Assembly: GCA_038087875.1 (NCBI GenBank)
Contig: CM075977.1
Location: 111,848,001 to 111,912,000 of the forward strand
Reading direction: 5' to 3'
Source: Malacoraja senta
Lineage: Eukaryota
Length of the DNA: 64,000 nt
Position 1 is the first letter of the stretch; every line of letters begins with the position of its first letter. The position numbers were made by a program, and so were the translations under genes. Below, piece after piece: positions 61,504 through 64,000 of this stretch. The notes under the pieces were generated by a model. The model saw only the letters and a list, made by a program, of their open reading frames with translations, did no database searches and was not told the DNA's origin.

Positions 61504-62779
61504 CTTAAAGAAAATAAACTTCATTGTAATTGTTCTTAAACAATCGTCGGTTAATAATGACACCCAATATTTTGACCAAAAAAAAAATCACTTTTTCTGA
61601 TTAAATGTAGCCGTTCACTCACTTGGAATTCCAGAGATGCTGATACATTATTTGTTTATCATGGTACATCGAGTGCTCGTAAATGGGGAAATTAGAGCTC
61701 GGTAAGTCGTTGTCACAGGGATGTAATGGGCTGACTGTTCTGCTTTTGTCCTCTATGACTGTGTCTGTGCTTTTAATTCTCTTGATAATGTTCTTAACAT
61801 GATTCACTCAGCCGCTTCGATTGTTCGCGAGTTAAAATATAACTTATCTATGGATAGATCAGTTCCTCGCGAATTATATGGATGTGCCCGTGATGATATT
61901 AAATTGATGTGCACCCTTTTACAAGCTCTCTTCCAAGTCATTATTTGATTTTTTTCTGATTTTGTAAATGGTGAATTGCCTCGATAATTGAAGCACCGCC
62001 TTTCGTTCCGTCCCAAGAACGAACGACAGTGCTTCCGTATTATGAATATCGCTCTCGCCCCTCGTTGCTTGGAAACAAAACTCACCGTGTTGTCGAAACA
62101 AGAGCAGCAGATGTTGTTTGATAAAAACAGGAAGCAAAAGGCTGGAATAATTTGGCGGGTGTTGTCACTTTCCATTGAGTCTTTAAGCCTTTGGTGCTTA
62201 AGTTGAGAATGGAGTTTCTTCAGTGTTCCAGATGTTACATGGCATCTGCGGATGCAGCTGCACTTTCACATTACTATATAGACATGAATTGTCTGTCTTT
62301 GACTAGGTGGATCGTGCAGCGCAGATGAGCGTTCTACACGTCAGTATGACATCTATTTAACTAAAAGTCTCATCTTGAACACTTCCTGTCTGCGATATTG
62401 ATTTGAGAAAAAAACGCTACGATATATCGCTATGTTGTTTGGCCATCTTACTCACAGTCATCCTCCGCTGAGGCAGCCACGAGGATTTTTCCGATCTACG
62501 TAAAATAAGAAAGTTATGAGTGTTTAAAAAATCTTGAGATCAGCTGATTGGTCCTCGCCTATCAATCACCACGATGAAGGTAACGCCCTTTCCGGAGGGT
62601 GGCAGGACTATAAAACATCGAATGCCTGGACGTGAGTCAGTCTCTCCGGAAGATCACGAGGGAGTGTCCAAAACTGTGATTCTAAGCTGCGAATCAACTG
62701 AACTGTGAGTCTGCAATGTACTTGCAATAAATGATTTGTTCGCCCTTAATGACAATGCAATGAGTTGTTTGGCAATTTG

Positions 62780-62962
62780 TGGCCTGCACTCTGCTTGAGA
62801 TGCTATGAAATTGAATTTGGTGGCCTGCACTCTGCTTGAAATGCTATGAAATTGAATTTGGTGGCCTGCACTCTGCTTGAAATGCTATGGAATTGAATTT
62901 GGTGGCCTCCACTCTGTTTGAAATGCTATAGAATTGAATTTGATAGCTTGCACTCTGCTTGA
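62780..62962. repeat. ~41-bp minisatellite (about 4.5 copies)
   Basis: (ggcctgcactctgcttgaaatgctatgaaattgaatttggt)n. Confidence 0.9.
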
Positions 62963-62994
62963 AATTGTATTTCAAGGAATAGCCTTGAGTGAAC

Positions 62995-63272
62995 AGCCAG
63001 CCCACCAGCCTTGAGTGACTGATCTCCCAGCTCACCAGCCCTGAGGTACTGAGCTGCCAGCCCACCAGCCCTGAGTGACAGAGCTGCCAGCCCACCAGCC
63101 CTGAGTGATTGAGCTGCCAGCCCACCAGCCCTGAGTGACTGAGCTGCCAGCCCATCAGCCCTGAGGGACAGAGCCGCCAGCACACCAGCCCTGAGTGACT
63201 GAGCTGCCAGCCCACCAGGCCTGAGTGACTGAGCTGCCAGCCCACCAGGCCTGAGTGATTGAGCTGCCAGCC
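62995..63272. repeat. 30-bp minisatellite (about 9 copies)
   Basis: (cccaccagccctgagtgactgagctgccag)n. Confidence 0.95.
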
Positions 63273-63504
63273 CAAGAACATTCGGCCCGCAATGTCCATA
63301 CTAGCCCTCTGGAAACCGATCCCTTCGGCCCACAACACCCATACTAGCGCTCCAGAAAGGCGCCCCCCCCCCACTGGCCACGAATATTGGAATTGGTGGA
63401 GAGGTGGAATATTGCGTTAAGGGACCTGCCCTCCTGTGTGAACATGGAACCGAACGGGTCCCACTTCGTCTAGTGAAGAATAAAACCGAACAGGGCACAT
63501 TACG

Positions 63505-63930
63505 TGACTCCCGCCATCATCAAAGGGATGTATCGGTCGCAGCCTCAAAAAGGCAGCCAACATCATCAGCGACCCACACCATCCTGGCCACACACTCATC
63601 TCAGCACTGCCATCGGGAAGAAGGTACAGGAGCCTGAGAACTGTAACGTCCAGGTTCAGGAACAGCTACTTCCCTACAACCATCAGGCTATTAAACATTT
63701 CAAGCTCTGAACGACAAAAGACTATTATTAATATGTATATATATATTATATGTATATATATATATAAACATATGTGAGTATGTGTAAAGATACGCGGAAC
63801 TCTTTTTTCCCTCTCTCGTTTATCATATTATTTATTATGATTACATATTGTGTTGTGCTGCAGCAAGCAAAAATGTCATTGTTCTATCTGGGACATATGA
63901 CAACAAAACACTCTTGACTCTTGACTCTCA
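63505..63930 (+). mobile_element. Rex1/Babar-like LINE 3' end
   Basis: Homologous to 1322-1678; ends in ctcttgactcttgactctc. Confidence 0.75.
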
Positions 63931-64000
63931 ACTCCACCCTCGGCCTCGCGGCACACCCCAACACGAACCTGGTACTTTTGCTTTATACTCTTTTTTGTCG

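Larger units (their letters stand above)
62352..63473 (+). mobile_element. Non-autonomous Helitron carrying minisatellites
   Basis: A|TCTATTTAACT 5' end; subterminal imperfect hairpin tggaacc-gaacg-ggtccca; CTAG|T 3' end; no TSD. Confidence 0.7.

Noticed and set aside
62844-63374. 176-aa repetitive ORF (GLVGWQLSHS)n
   Set aside because: It is the translation of the 30-bp minisatellite inside a Helitron-like element.

Overview
Eukaryotic genomic DNA from a cartilaginous fish, most likely a skate or ray (inferred from the Ig sequences and repeat families), with three sized N-gaps. From right to left on the minus strand: (1) an IgM heavy-chain constant region (Cmu2 with a 1-bp frameshift, Cmu3 with an in-frame TAG, then intact Cmu4 plus secretory tail, TM1 and TM2); (2) about 10 kb further downstream on the same strand, a NAR-TCR-type cassette that the ORF track largely misses: leader exon, short VNAR-like V, J with a 23-bp RSS, then a leaderless supporting TCR-delta V with a CDR1 Cys and a 23-bp RSS, with both V exons lightly pseudogenised; (3) an old segmental duplication (about 0.3-22.5 kb versus about 30.6-38.8 kb), each copy holding an intact two-exon GPR139-like class A GPCR on the plus strand. 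Between the two copies lies a young 4 x ~2010-bp tandem array; each unit carries a variant tRNA-Glu(TTC), half of a SINE and an inverted-repeat pair. The rest is transposon-derived: CR1, a full-length L1 with a second L1 nested inside it, Penelope, R2/Hero, Rex1-like tails, an HE1-like SINE, a non-autonomous Helitron and a TIR element. The most notable result is the close same-strand linkage of IgM constant exons and a NAR-TCR cassette next to GPCR genes. All alignments and translations were done by eye; no database searches were run.
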